64,000 nt of DNA from the human T2T-CHM13v2.0 reference genome, Homo sapiens: the NCBI RefSeq assembly GCF_009914755.1, contig NC_060936.1; one strand, written 5' to 3'. Of this stretch, positions 47,551-62,673 are shown in pieces. Positions within the stretch are counted from its first letter, which is position 1; every line of letters starts with the position of its first letter. The notes beneath the pieces are model-generated. The model worked only from the letters and a program-made list of their open reading frames with translations, did no database searches and was not told the origin of the DNA. The translations under genes and the position numbers were made by a program.

Positions 47551-47717
47551 GCCATGGTTCTATAGTGTCTTATAGGCCCTACTTATAATACTTAAACTTG
47601 TTCTTGTCACAGTTATTCAATAATTGTTGTTCATTGTCTTGAAAGCTTCTGCATAGCTGCTTTTCAAATAGATGGTCCAACAAATGATTCACTAACGAAA
47701 ACAGGATGAAATCATGC
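47551..47717 (+). repeat. Probable source copy of the 167-bp duplication
   Basis: Lies in unique-looking DNA and matches 45467-45633. Confidence 0.9.
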
Positions 47718-47859
47718 TGATTAAAAATGAAACCTCATCTTCATTAAAATAAACAACAGTAGTGAATACTTTTGCAATCTTCCTGCTGCTTTATCCGGAT
47801 AAGAAGTTAGAATACAAATATTGATACAATCTTTGGAAAAAGAGTGATTGTTCTTTAGC

Positions 47860-48275
47860 CATCATAGCAAGTAGTCCTAAGAACAACTTTTAAATCCATC
47901 CAATTGATTAATGGCAATTTTGCCTCAATTAACATGCTTTTTAAAGCCAATCAATCCATAGCCATCCCTCACTTCTGAAAGTCAACCAATAAGGAACAGA
48001 CTCACTCTAAAAAACATGCCTCTGAATGCCAACCAATCAATAAAAATCTAAACTGAATAATCATGCTTGAACAGATTATGTCAATCTACTTATGCCTCTT
48101 AAAATGTGCTAATCCTTGAGCCCCATGCTGTCCAAAAACCTTGTATATAATCAGTAATCTACTCTTCTCCAGGAGACTGTGTCTGAATTAAATAGTTCTC
48201 CCTTGCTATAAGCAATCAGCTCAGCTTTGTCTTTTAATTTCAGATATTAAGTCATAATCTCACCCCCTTTGACAA
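47860..48275 (+). mobile_element. LTR-like element (family not assigned)
   Basis: Four CCAAT motifs, TATA-like gtatataa near 48143, tctcccttgcta, and a ...tgaca end; resembles a U3-R-U5 layout. Confidence 0.45.
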
Positions 48276-50486
48276 TCAATCAAGATTTATTTAATGCTAA
48301 CCACTGAAATTAAAAAACAAACAAAGACGGCAAGATAAGTTGGCTGCTCCTCTGTCAATTTAAAGAGTAAAATGCACAATATTTTAAAATGTGTTTAATG
48401 GCCCCAAATATCCTAAAATACGGTAAAGACACAGGAAATATATAGGAATATATAGATGAGAAATTATTGACTTGATATATAGCTGATTAAAATAATTCTA
48501 ATCTGGCATATGTACAAGTTACTTATGTTTCATATTACCTATAATTCTTATAACGCTGACTTCTAGTACTACCTTAAATCCATTTTGAGACTAGACAGAT
48601 GGGAAAGAAAAGAAGGGAGAAGGAAAGTAGGATCTGAAAGAGGAAAGACAATAAAGGAGAAAAAGTAAAAGGAAGATAAAAAATAAGTCTAGCATATTAT
48701 TTATGGGAAAGACAAAGCTTCAACAAATCAGTAAACTAAACAGTGGCTGTTTGGTCCTCTCTTTCATTTGCCATACCCTCACTCCCAGCCTCTGTGGTAC
48801 TCTCTGTATGCTCTCTTTGTCTTAACTGAGGATCTAAGGTGACCTCACTTGACTGTCAACTGACCCCCATAAGTAGGTAATAAAGCCACCATTCAAAAAC
48901 ATTTATTATGCACTCACAATGTGTCAGATCCTTTGCTGCATGTTATCCCTCACAGACAGATTCTCAATGACCCAAGGCACATAAAACTCAAAGTAATAAA
49001 TTTATTGGTGAAATTTTAAGCTCTTGAGTACCTGGCAAGGTATATATCTGGGAGCAGGGAACCACACAAATAGCCATAATAGTGTTTGTGAACTTTGGTA
49101 AATCCTATAAGCCTTATTAAATTTCAATCTACTTCTAACTTTTCCAAGAACAAGTTCAGGGGGAATAAAATTATTCCTTTCACATTTCTCTGTGTCTGCA
49201 TGTGAAGGGAGAAGTGAAGGGTGAGAGGGACTTTTATTTAAAAGTTTACCACAAGCATGGCAGAAAACAACAAATTTGGCTGATACAACCTTGGTTATTA
49301 TTATCAGAAACAGAGCATAAGCTGAATGGGTCTCTATGGTCTCCTACTATTTTGCATTTTATGACTGTCATTATTCTCTGTGTATAAGAAAGGTTATAGC
49401 TGTTATATTATATTCCTTTTGACCTCAAGTTTCTTTACTATAAAGACTTAAATATCTATGCTTACATTAATACAAACACAGTTTCCTAATTCTATTTGCT
49501 AAGTTACTGCTGAACACAATACCCATTTGATGGTGAAGCTTTCTTCACCACGAAAATGTCAGTTTCCATTATCTTTACTACAAAATTAGCCCTAAAAATT
49601 ATTTTTTAAACTGGAAAGGGAAGCAACTGAACACTGTATGGGATATAATTGTTGGATACATTTAATGTGTCTTGAATTGTTAAATTTATCTCCTTAACAA
49701 AAACATTTGCTTTCTAAAACTATATTTATTGAATAAATAAACTTTTTAATGTTTCCCTACTTTTTTCACAAAACAGACTGTGTAATTCCTTTAAATGGAA
49801 AGTCACTGTCTGAATCTCAAATCTTCCAGCAGTTCTCTCTCTATGTCTGACATTTTCATAAGCCAGAAGTTAAGGTCCACAAAAGAATCTCAGGCATTGC
49901 CTGGCATTCTTCTCTCCTTTAATTTCCTCCCTTCCTTCCTTTATGAGGCATTGGCAGAACTGGTTTAATGTGGCCTCTTACAAAACTAAACCACAGAAAA
50001 CACTTTTTGTATTTGCATGTGTGCATATCTGTGTGTGTTATTGGTTTGTTTACTAACATATTTGTATTAGTTTTAAACGGAAATAACTTCATTAAATGGA
50101 CATAGCTCCTATAAAATTGTAAGAGTAATTGAAGCCAGAAGTTGTCATCCCATCAAGTAAACAAGCTGTTTACATAACAATATTATTTCAGAGGGAACCA
50201 GATCATAGTATCTTTTTGACAATCTATTGTTTTGCACTGTCCCTCACTATATGACTATAGGCAATTCCTGAAGTTCTCTCTTTCTCAGTTTCCCCATCTG
50301 TAAAAGGAGATAATAATTACTCTATGATGTGCAATCGTTAGAACTACATGAGGTCACACACAACAATTATGCAAAGTTTTGCATGAAAATTTCAAAAACA
50401 AATACTCTTTTCCAGCATACATATGGCAAGCTTGGGGAAAGGGTATGCAGAGGAAGGGGATTAAAATAAAAAATTGAATAAGACTA

Positions 50487-52012
<1,526 letters not shown>

Positions 52013-53026
52013 AAGACTAATAAAATGCACAGTAGCTTCTCTCCTAAGCAGCCTAGAAAATAAGTTACACAACTACTATTTTGTTAACACTATTAGTGAG
52101 GAGGAATCCAGACCACGGGTCTAAGAATTCAAAGACAATTTGCCTTAAGTCAATTTGTTACACCAGACATACATACAATAAGCATTTCAAGAGATATATT
52201 CTGTGTATTCCTTGGTTTCTAAGAGACACTTTATTTTATAAAACCCTCCCACCAGTAATAAATTTTTTTCTTATTTTTACTTCATTTTGTTATTTTCAAC
52301 TTTATTATTAAACCAAATGCTCTGTTATGAAATTCTGCCTACAAAATTCCATGGTGTCTATATCAGCTTCCACTGCATCTTTTTACGGTCAAATCTGTGT
52401 CTATGTTAGCATTTCTATTATACATTTGTTTTCTAGGAGTTTAAAGATCACCCATAAAAATTAACTAAGGCTGAAATGGCAGACAGCTCAGAAGCACATT
52501 TTGTTTTTACCAACTTTCAATAAATTCATATGGCTGTTTCTAAATTCTTATATATCAGGCTAAAGTAAAAGAAATCCTGGCCAACAGGTGACACTTATTT
52601 GGGCTAATTCACTGCAAAAACAATGGGATATTTTTGGTTTTGTATTTTTGTTTTTTAATGCAATTATTCCATGACTGGCTCTCATCTCTCCTCCAAGTCC
52701 CTCAGCCCCCTCCTGGCTAGATGCCTGGACACATTGGTAGCCGGCCTGACTGACACCTGCAGCCCAACACTTCTGGCCATGAGTTGCATAGCTAACATTT
52801 CATGCTGTCATAGGACTGTGAAGTTTTCTGGGCGCTGCCAACAGAATCATCACACTGCAAATTTCTTTGGCTCAGCCCTGCTCCTCCTCTGTCCCAACTG
52901 AAGATATGCCCCTTTGGGTATTGTAGTCACATCCATAAATCCCAGGAGGCAGCATGTGAAAAACTACTACTTACCCCTATAAGCAGAGCTGTCTTTACTC
53001 TGACAAATCAGGCCATCACTTTGAAC

Positions 53027-53510
53027 TGTTGGGAAAGAATTCTCCATGGGTCTCTCGTGTTTCTGCATGTCTTGCAAATGAGTCATTGACTGATCTTTAT
53101 TCAAAACTACCTTTTCAAGGAGTTTGTATGGTGAACAGACTTGGAAGATACAGATAATGCCTCCCTTTGGTGAAAAGGGCAGGCATGCTCACTGTCCAGC
53201 ATAATAAAGGTAATGTTTCCCAGCAAATCGAAGGAAAGGCATGCTTACTGCCCATTAAGGACTTAGGCTCCTAAACTTAAAGTTCCTCTCCAGCTTTTGT
53301 GAGTATCCTCTGGCCCTCTTCCTAGTCACTCTGTGGGATTGGAGTTAAGGGAACCTGCACATAAATGCTGACTCTCTGGCAACTGCTATTGCTGTTAGTA
53401 ATAATTTCCTTCATTTCTGACCCAGAAGTCTCATGTATTGTAACAGCATTCATGAAACTGTTGTAGGCTTTGCAAGTAGGGTGAAACTCAGCCTCTTCAC
53501 AGTTCTCATT
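53027..53510 (+). mobile_element. LTR47-like ERVL solo LTR
   Basis: tgttgggaaagaattctccatgggtctctcgtgtttctgcatgtcttgc...ttcaagga...cttggaagata...aaagggcagg. Confidence 0.7.
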
Positions 53511-54129
53511 ATGAACATACAGGCTGTCTCTTTTACTAAAATGTAAGCTCCTTGAAAGCTAAAATCCTTTATTTGTCACTGTATCTCCAAAACTTACACC
53601 AATACCTGCTAAATAAATGCTATTCCCTGAGGATAAAAGGCTTAATGAAGGAAGGGAGACTTGAGCTGAACTCTGATTTTTTCCCTTGCATCCTCTACTC
53701 TGCTGTGAGGTATTGAAAATACCATTCAGAAGCAGAATCAAAGCCTCTCCAGAAACACTGTTGTCTTTTAGATTGCCAGTAGAAACGTACGGTATACTCT
53801 TACTTCTTTGCTTCTAATAGATGACAGAATATAGCCTCAGACATTCTGTGTCCTCTCAGTTAGAATGAGCGTGAGATTTTTCGTCTTCAGACAGTCTCTG
53901 CTTCTTAAATGTTTCTGCTCGGTCTCCTCAGATGGCAGAATTGGGGCAGCCATCAAGTGAACAGTGGGTCATTCACACCTCACCTAAAAACTTGTCTGTC
54001 AAGGGATAATCAGCTCCTATTACTTATTTTTGAATATTTTTCCCCCAAATTTAGAAAAGATTCCTTCCCACTGTTCTTTGGTCTGAATTTATGACAATGC
54101 CTAATTTATTACACTGCTTTCAGAGGAGT

Positions 54130-54284
54130 ATTTTTTCAATTTTTTAAATTTTACTTTATGTTCCAGGATACATGTGCAGAGGGAGAGTATTAGGACAAAT
54201 ACCTGATGCATGCAGGACTTAAAACCTAGATGACAGGTAGATTGGTGCAGCAAACCACCATAGCACATGTATACCTACATAACA
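54130..54284 (-). mobile_element. Minute 5'-inverted L1PA 3'UTR insertion
   Basis: T tail and antisense terminus 54130-54180, then sense 3'UTR gagggagagtattagg...atacctacataaca. Confidence 0.85.
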
Positions 54285-54460
54285 CGAGATTTTTATGTTC
54301 TTATAAATAGCTTAGGAAGTTTAAAGCTAGTTTGCAGTTTCGTTTAAAACTAAAAGGGCCAGTGTGCTATGTTCCAGAGCAGCAGTTATATTGGGCAAAG
54401 CCAAGAGAGGATAGTGTGGTTCATGACAGCCAAAAGAAAGAAAATCCTGCTTTGGCTTGA

Positions 54461-54831
<371 letters not shown>

Positions 54832-55142
54832 CCATGTGGGAAGTTTCTGTCTCAACTCTCAAATCTGCTGGATTTATACTGTTATTGGATAAAGAAGTTC
54901 CTTAAAATTAATGATGTAGAAAGCGTAAAACTTGTCAATATTTCTCAAGCCTTCCATTTTTACTTTTGCCATTATTTTCAAATGTCTAATGTGGAAAACC
55001 TTAAATGTTCACACCTCACTTCCAACTTACAAAAAGGTGACAGTAATACACTAATAGCTGGGAGGCCAAGAATACCCTGGTGCAATGAAAACAAAATGTT
55101 TTCAAAACTAGGACCCCATCCCAGTCCAACAGTTGTACTTAC

Positions 55143-55207
55143 CAGTCTCATGTTTTAAATCATTACAGATTCCAACTTCAGAAGGGCAAATACCTCATGA
55201 ATTAGCT
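55143..55207 (-). ncRNA. Candidate exon (65 nt), minus strand
   Basis: Acceptor ctttttctgttttaatttag|A and donor CTG|gtaagt. Confidence 0.35.
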
Positions 55208-55299
55208 CTAAATTAAAACAGAAAAAGTTTGACATGGATTTAGTGTTGAAGACAGAGAAGGATTAATAGTGCTTGGCCTAAAGAAAGCTCAAGCCCAGG

Positions 55300-56150
55300 C
55301 AGGTGGCAGGCAGAAATCCACTCAGTAGAGCCAACACACCTCAGCCAGGCCCTGTTTACCCAACCTCTGGCCTCCTCTTCAACAGACACTGCCAACCGAG
55401 CAAACCAAGCTAAATGGTATGGTGGTTTTCTAATGAGGCTAAGTAGGAACAAGAAGGAACGAAGTAAACTTTTCCTTGCGGCCAAAGCAAGTCTGATTAT
55501 GAGCTCAGACCTCCCGAGGCGAGAGGCTTATGTACTCACCAGCTGCTGTTTCACTGGCCTTCACACGAAGGCTATGGTGTGGCCATTCACGAAGTGCTCT
55601 TAAAAGTGGTGCCAGGAGTTCCCTTGAAATGGTTTTTCATTCTGGGCAGTGGCGCAATCTCTGGGTGTGAAATCACGTCTGAGGTTTACAAGCTATTGCT
55701 GACATCAATGAAATGCAACATTTGTTTTGCTTCTTTCAGTGTCCTATAGGCATACTGGCACTCATTAAATGCTTCCTAAAAATATCATTTGGCAAACATT
55801 CATGTTTTGTTCATAAAGACTTATGTACATCATGGGGAGGGTCATGTTAGAAGGCTACTATAAAAATATAAGCACATGCATTCATCAAATCAAATTGTTT
55901 CATTTTAATTAATATGCAGGGTTTTTTTCTCTCTGTCCAGAAGCACAGCTTATATTCCAAAGGACTCCTTTTGGAGCTTCCGTGTGCCTTCAGATGAGTC
56001 CGCACCTCTCTCAACTTGAGGCAAAGTTACACGTCTGTGGGTCAGGTTTCCTAAGATAACATTTGAAACATAAAGAGCAGGCCACTTAAGAATACTTCAG
56101 CAGGATGTTTCACCAATTAATTCCTCAGTTAAACAATTAAACAAGCTTGC
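55300..56150. promoter_or_regulatory. Candidate promoter/enhancer with a minus-strand donor at 55540
   Basis: Unique DNA with local CpG retention; TGTTTAC 55353, CTG|gtgagt donor, C/EBP-like GTGGCGCAAT 55649, TGACATCA 55700, TCAGGTTTC 56042. Confidence 0.4.
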
Positions 56151-56571
56151 CTACATGAGATTCCCATTGCCATGAGACTCAAATGCTGTCTTTTCAGGGT
56201 ATAAGTAAAGCACAAGAATTGGCAAGACCTGTTATTTGAACCAGACTAAAGAGTAAACTAATGAATGTCTTGTTTAACTCAAGCCAACATTTACTAAACA
56301 CCTGTCATTACAACCCTGGGATCCATAAGAGAAGACATCAGTAGAGGAGAAAGCAGTTCCTCATTGCTCTATTTGCAGCCTCATCCCAACCCCAGGCAGC
56401 AGTTAAAGAGAGAACAGGAGTAAAAATTAACAGGAAATATAAATAAGAAGAAAAATGGTGACTGGTTGAAGAATTGTTGGCAGAAAACCTGCATTGACTG
56501 ACTTTTCCACCCTCTCATGTGCACCCAAGTTTAAAGCAGAAAAATTATGTGAAGTAATCGAGCTATCTGCC

Positions 56572-56935
56572 TGCTATGGTTTGAGTGGTTGTCCCCTCCA
56601 AAACTCATGTTGAAATTTCATTTCAACAGTATTAAGAGGTGGGACCTTTGAGAAGTGATTAGGCCATAAGGGTTCCTACCTCATGGGTGAGATTACTGCC
56701 ATTCTAAAAAGACATGTTTGGTCCCCTTTTGTCTCTTTGCCCTTCTACCTTCTGCCAATGTGAAGACAAAGCCTTCCTCTCCTCAGCATCATCTTGGCAT
56801 CGGAATCACCAAACCTGCCAGTGCCTTGATATTGGACTTTCCAGACTCTAGAACTGTGAGCAAATAAATTTTTGTTCATTGTACATTACCAAATCTTAGG
56901 TATTCTGTCAAAGAAGCCCAAAACAGATTGACACA
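56572..56935 (+). mobile_element. MST-type MaLR solo LTR
   Basis: tgctatggtttgag...cccctccaaaactcatgttgaaattt...ctagaactgtgagcaaataaattt...attgacaca. Confidence 0.9.
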
Positions 56936-57733
56936 CTGCCTCAGAGGAACTCTGGCTTTCAAGTAGGGCACTAAAGCCACATAATAGAGTCCTCATTGTT
57001 TTGGCAAGTCTTGTGGAGGTGGGAGTAGAGGATTCTGCCTTCCTGTCCCAAGCCTGCAGTAAAGTCAAATGGCCAGCAAGCTGTCTACACTACACTGAGC
57101 TCAGTAAACTCTCTCATTCAGGACATAGGCTAGTAAAGTCAGGTAAACAACAAAGCAGTAATCTATATGAATGAACCTAATTCTTCATTCACAAATACGA
57201 ATATAAAACCCAGAACTATCAGACATTTAAGAAAACCCATCAAAACCAAGGAGAAGGACAAAGACAACCAAGTAGAACTGAACCCAAAGGAAACAAAAAT
57301 AATTTCACTTCAATCAAGAGAATTTTAAATCACTGTTACTAAAGATATTGGAAGAGATTTTAAAACACATTTTTAGAAATCTCATAAAGGAGTAATGAGA
57401 AAGAAAGAAAAAGTTCTTGGAAAATAATAATGTGACAGCCAAAATAAAACTTGCAAAAGAAAGTTGGAATAAAACATTTAAGGCCATCTCCCAGTAAATA
57501 TAAAAGGCATAATTATTTTAAAAATGAGAGAAAAACAAAAAGACAAAGAAAAAATCAAGGATGTCCAATATCTACTTAATAAGAGTTCCAGAAAAAGAAA
57601 AAGGAAAAGGAAAACAAAGCAAAGGAAATAATGAAAGAGTTAACAGCATAAACTTTGTGAAAACTAAAAACAGGTATTCAAATTGAAAGGTCTCACTGTT
57701 TGAAGAGCAGAATAAATAAAATAATACCCGCAT

Positions 57734-58035
57734 CAGCGGTGGCTCATGCCTGTAATCTCATCACTTTGGGAGGCTGAGGCAGGCAGATCATGAGGTCAGG
57801 AGTTTAAGACCAGCCTGATCAATATGGTGAAACCCCGTCTCTACTAAAAATACAAAAATTAGCCGGGCGTGGCAGCGCCTGCCTGTAATCTCTGCTACTC
57901 AGGAGGCTGAGGCAGGAGAATCACTTGAATCTGGGGGTTGGAGGTTGCAGTGAGGCGAGATCTGTGCCACTGCACTCCAGCTTGGAAGACAGAGCAAGAC
58001 TTCATCTAAAAACTAATAATAATAATAACAATAAT
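57734..58035 (+). mobile_element. AluS with (AAT)n tail
   Basis: TSD aataataccc(g/a)cat at 57720-57733 and 58036-58049. Confidence 0.96.
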
Positions 58036-58343
58036 AATAATACCCACATATTGGCTCATACTTACAAAATTCAGAACAGCAAGAAAAGAAATAGCCAAAA
58101 AGTATCCACAAAGAAGTTGACTACAAGGAAGCAAAAATCAGATTCATAACACATTTCTCATTAGCCATACTGAATATTGTATACTACTGAAACAATGTCT
58201 TTATGAATATTACAGGAAATTATTTTCAACTTAGAATTCTGTATCTAGCCAAAGTTTCAGTCAAAATATGAAAAAATTATAAAGACATTATTGTACATAC
58301 AAATAATGAGCAAATTCATATTCCTTTCTATAAAAAGTTACTT

Positions 58344-58638
<295 letters not shown>

Positions 58639-59554
58639 TTAATGCACTACAGCTAAACTAAAATGGAAACCACAAAAGGGAAGACATAAAATCCAAGAGA
58701 ATCCATAATAATGCTTCTGCAGCAGGACTAGGATGCATATCCGTGCATCCAACAAATAGTACAATTAAGAACTTGAATTATCTTAGGCATATAGTTATTT
58801 TTAAAGCCCCCATTCCTCCTATAAACACACACATACATGCATACACACATACCAATACACAAAAGGCATTACAAACTCTAAGAAGAACAAAAATTACACA
58901 AGAAAATTTGGATCCAAGTAAGAAACATATTAAAATGTCATTGTTTACAGCAACAGGCAACTGAGAAAAGAGAATTTATTTGACTTTCATGCTTGGAACA
59001 TCTTCCTCCAAACAATACAGATTTAAAGATGTAAAATGTTATTTATTTTTCTGAATTTTTACATGTAGAAATATTTACATAATCATCACAATTTAAGTGC
59101 TTCTTCTTATTTTCCATTTTAAGTTCAATTTATAGGCAAAGCATGGAAGCCATAATTTTAGTAAAGGGAAAGAATGTAACTGTTGGAAAATCTGACCATG
59201 TAAATTGAGGGTACTGTTGGCAGATTTTGAAAGAGAAGAGGGGAAAGAGAAATGGAGATGAATATATAAGCAAACTAAAGTCTAATAAAGTTCTCATTTT
59301 ATATAATTGGAAGTAAAGAAAATGTTCTGACATTCCCCAGGAGACAATGTAAAGGTATTATTTAAAGTTATAAAGATAGCCAGTACAAGTACCAAAAATA
59401 AAAATCAGGAAAGAAGAAATGAATGAAAAATAGTCAGAGAAGGGAGTGATTAGACACAAATTTAACTAGAAGATAACTAACTAGAGGTGTAAGCATATTA
59501 TTTAACATGTGAAAGAGAAGTCAAACCCAGAAATGGTCAAACATAATTTTGTTT

Positions 59555-59981
59555 GACGCGGCAATTCTCCAAGTACAGCCTAGGACCCCAGACAAAGTCA
59601 AAACTATTTTTATAATAATATCATTTTTATTATATTTGCCTTTTTATTTGTCACTTTGACATCATTGTACAGTGGAGGATTCTACAGACTACATGATGTA
59701 TGATATCTCAACAGATTGAAGCCTACTATCTTTTATTAATCAGGCATTAAAGAGATGTGCAAAAATACAAAAGAATGCCACTCTTCTAATTATGACTGAC
59801 ATTTTAAAATACATTTTAGTAAATTATGGTTTTCAATGTTAATAGGTAATTAGTGTGTTATGGTTTTTTATTAATATTTTATAATTTTTTAGTTTAAATT
59901 TCTCATATGATGTATATTGATAAATTAGCAAAAGCTTTTTGGGTTCTTCAATAATTTCTTAGAATCTAAAAGAGTCCTGAT
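59555..59981. mobile_element. Charlie1-type hAT remnant
   Basis: gtcaaaactatttttataataata; tgtacagtggag; caacagattgaa; cattaaagagatgtgcaaaaat; aatgccactcttct. Confidence 0.65.
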
Positions 59982-62632
59982 GGGAGTGACATCAGCAAGA
60001 TGCTGGAATAGGAGGTTCCAGACCACCTCTCCTCAGAAACTCTGATGTTGGCAACCACCCATGAAGAGCATTTTTACTTTACTATTGTTATCCTATTCCA
60101 AAAGCAACACAACTTGATACTGAGAGAGGACCCCTTTGACCACAACATTCCCATGGGAAAAAGTGAGAGTGTGGTGAGCACTCACCCTCCTTGGCCTTGT
60201 GGGATGGAGTTGACCAAGAGGCCCACTTCTATGCTGCCCACAAGAACAGTGAGGAGATCAGTACAGCTAAATCATCTAGGGACAGCTAGGAGCCCAGAGA
60301 AGAGACAGAAGCACACAGCAACTGGTGCACAGATTTTAACATGCAGCCACACATCCTGCAAACTTGCTAACTGCCTCTACCAAGAGGCCTGCCCATGAAC
60401 CCTGCAGGAAACCTCACCTGAAGACATCTCCCACTAACTATGTCCTTCAAATACCCATGGGTGGCACCCTGTGCATCTTCACTGCAACCCATGCAAAGTC
60501 CCATAGAAAGCACACAAATATCAACAGCAGGGGCAGATCTTAGCCACCAGCTTGACTCTGCTAGTTTTGGAGAAAGGATACAACCTCAGGGCACTGACCT
60601 AAGGAATGCCTCAGGGCACTGCCCTAGGGAAAACAGAAGGCTCTCAGCAGCAAGTCTGGCCTTACAGGATCAAAAGAAGGCATACAATCCTAACACATAC
60701 CCCTTCAGATGGAACAAGAGAAATGGAGTGGGTGCATTGATAGAAGTCTGAGAGATCACTGGAATCTCAGGCCAAGTTCACTGTGGAAGATCTTTCTATC
60801 CAGAAGCCAGCCAGTAAAGACAGGAAAAGGTGATTCCTTCTTCAAATGTTAGGACAGCAAGGCAAGGCTTCAAGGAACACAAAGAATTAAGAAAATATAG
60901 CACCATCAAAGAAACAAAGTAAAACTCCAGTGGCTATCTCCAAAGAAATAAAGATTCTGAACTGCCTGACAAAGAATTTTAAAAAAAAAAGTCTTAAAAA
61001 GGCTCAGTGAGCTACAACGAAACAATGTCATGGAAACAATACAATAACAAAATGGGAAGTTCAACAAAGAGATAGACACCATTTTTTTAAAAAAACAGAA
61101 ATTCTGGAGCTGAAGAATATGTCTGAAATAAAAAATTCAATAGAAAGCTTCAACAGCAGACTCAATCCAACAGAAAAAAGAATCAGGAAACTCAAAGCAA
61201 ATTATTTGAAATTATCCAGTCAGGGAAACAAAAAGAAAAAAGAATGGAAAAGAATGAAGAAAGCTTATGGGACATGTAAGACACCATCAAGCAAACAAAC
61301 CTACACATCATGGAATTCCAGAGGAGCAGAGAAAGGAAAAGAGGCAGAAATCTTATTTGAAGAAATAATGACAGAAAATTTCCAAGTCTGAAGAGGCAAT
61401 TGAACATCTAGATCCAAGAGGCCTAAAGAATTCCAATAGGTTGAGCATAAAGAGGTCTTCACAGAGACACATTACAATCAAATTGTCAAAAGTCAAAGAT
61501 AAAGAGAGAATTTGGAAAGAAGCAAGAAAAAAGTGACTTGTCACATATAAGGAAACCCACATAAGACTGTCAGCAGATTTCTCAAGAGAAATGCTGAAGG
61601 CCAGGAGAAAGTGGATAGATACCTTCAAAGTGAAAAAACAAACAAACAAACAAAACAAAACTCCTGCTAACTAAGAATAATAAACCCAGCAAATCTATCC
61701 TTCAGGAATGGAGAGATAGAATTTCCCAGACAAACAAAAGGTGATGAAGTTCATCACCACCAGATCCGCCTTATAGAAAATGCTGAAGGGAATCCTTCAA
61801 GTTGAAATAAAAGAATGCTAACAACATGAAGGCATATGAAGGTATGAAAATCACCAGCATAAGTAAATATATGGTTAAATTCACAATACTCTAATACTGA
61901 AATGGTGGTGTGAAAATCACTGTTAGCTCTAGTGTAAAAGTTTAAAGTCATAAATATTGAAATAACTATAGGTGGAATAATTTGTTAATGAGTGCATAAT
62001 ATAAAAAGATGTAAGTTGTGACAGCAATAATATAACATGTGAAGGAGGGAATAAACATGTAGAATTTTTGTATGTAATCAAAATTAAATTGATATCAGCT
62101 TCAAATAGATTACTGTAACTATAAGAGGTTTTATGTAAGCCTTGTGGTACTTACAAAGAAACAAAAACCTGTAGTAGATACATGAAGGATTAAAACAAAG
62201 GAATAAAAGCTACCGCTACAAAAAAAAAATCAAATCACAAAGATAGACAGCAAGAGAAGAAAAGAACAAAGGAACTACAAAACTATCAGAAAACAATTTT
62301 TTTAAATGGCAATAGTTAGTCCTCTCTAGCAATAATTACTTTAAGGTTAAATTGACCAATCTGAAGAAATAGAGTAACTGAATAGGTTAAATTTTTTTTA
62401 AATATCAAACTATATGCTGCCTTAAAAAAAAGGCTCACTTTAGTTTTAATGACACCATATGCTGAAATGAAGAGATTAAAATGTATATTCCTTGCCAATG
62501 GTAACCAAAAGAGAGCAGGGGTAGCTATACTTACATTAGGCAAAATAGACCTGAAGTCAAAAACTGTCACAAGAGACAAAATATAGTCACTATAATGATA
62601 AAGAAATCAATTCACCAAGAGGTATAGCATTG

Positions 62633-62673
<41 letters not shown>

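Noticed and set aside
47420-47691. Alternative minus-strand exon in the duplication source
   Set aside because: The acceptor is plausible but the donors are weak, and AATAAA is common in AT-rich DNA
56717-56728. TTTGGTCCCCTT match to the 5' end of miR-133
   Set aside because: Short match inside an MST LTR, with no hairpin and no 3' match
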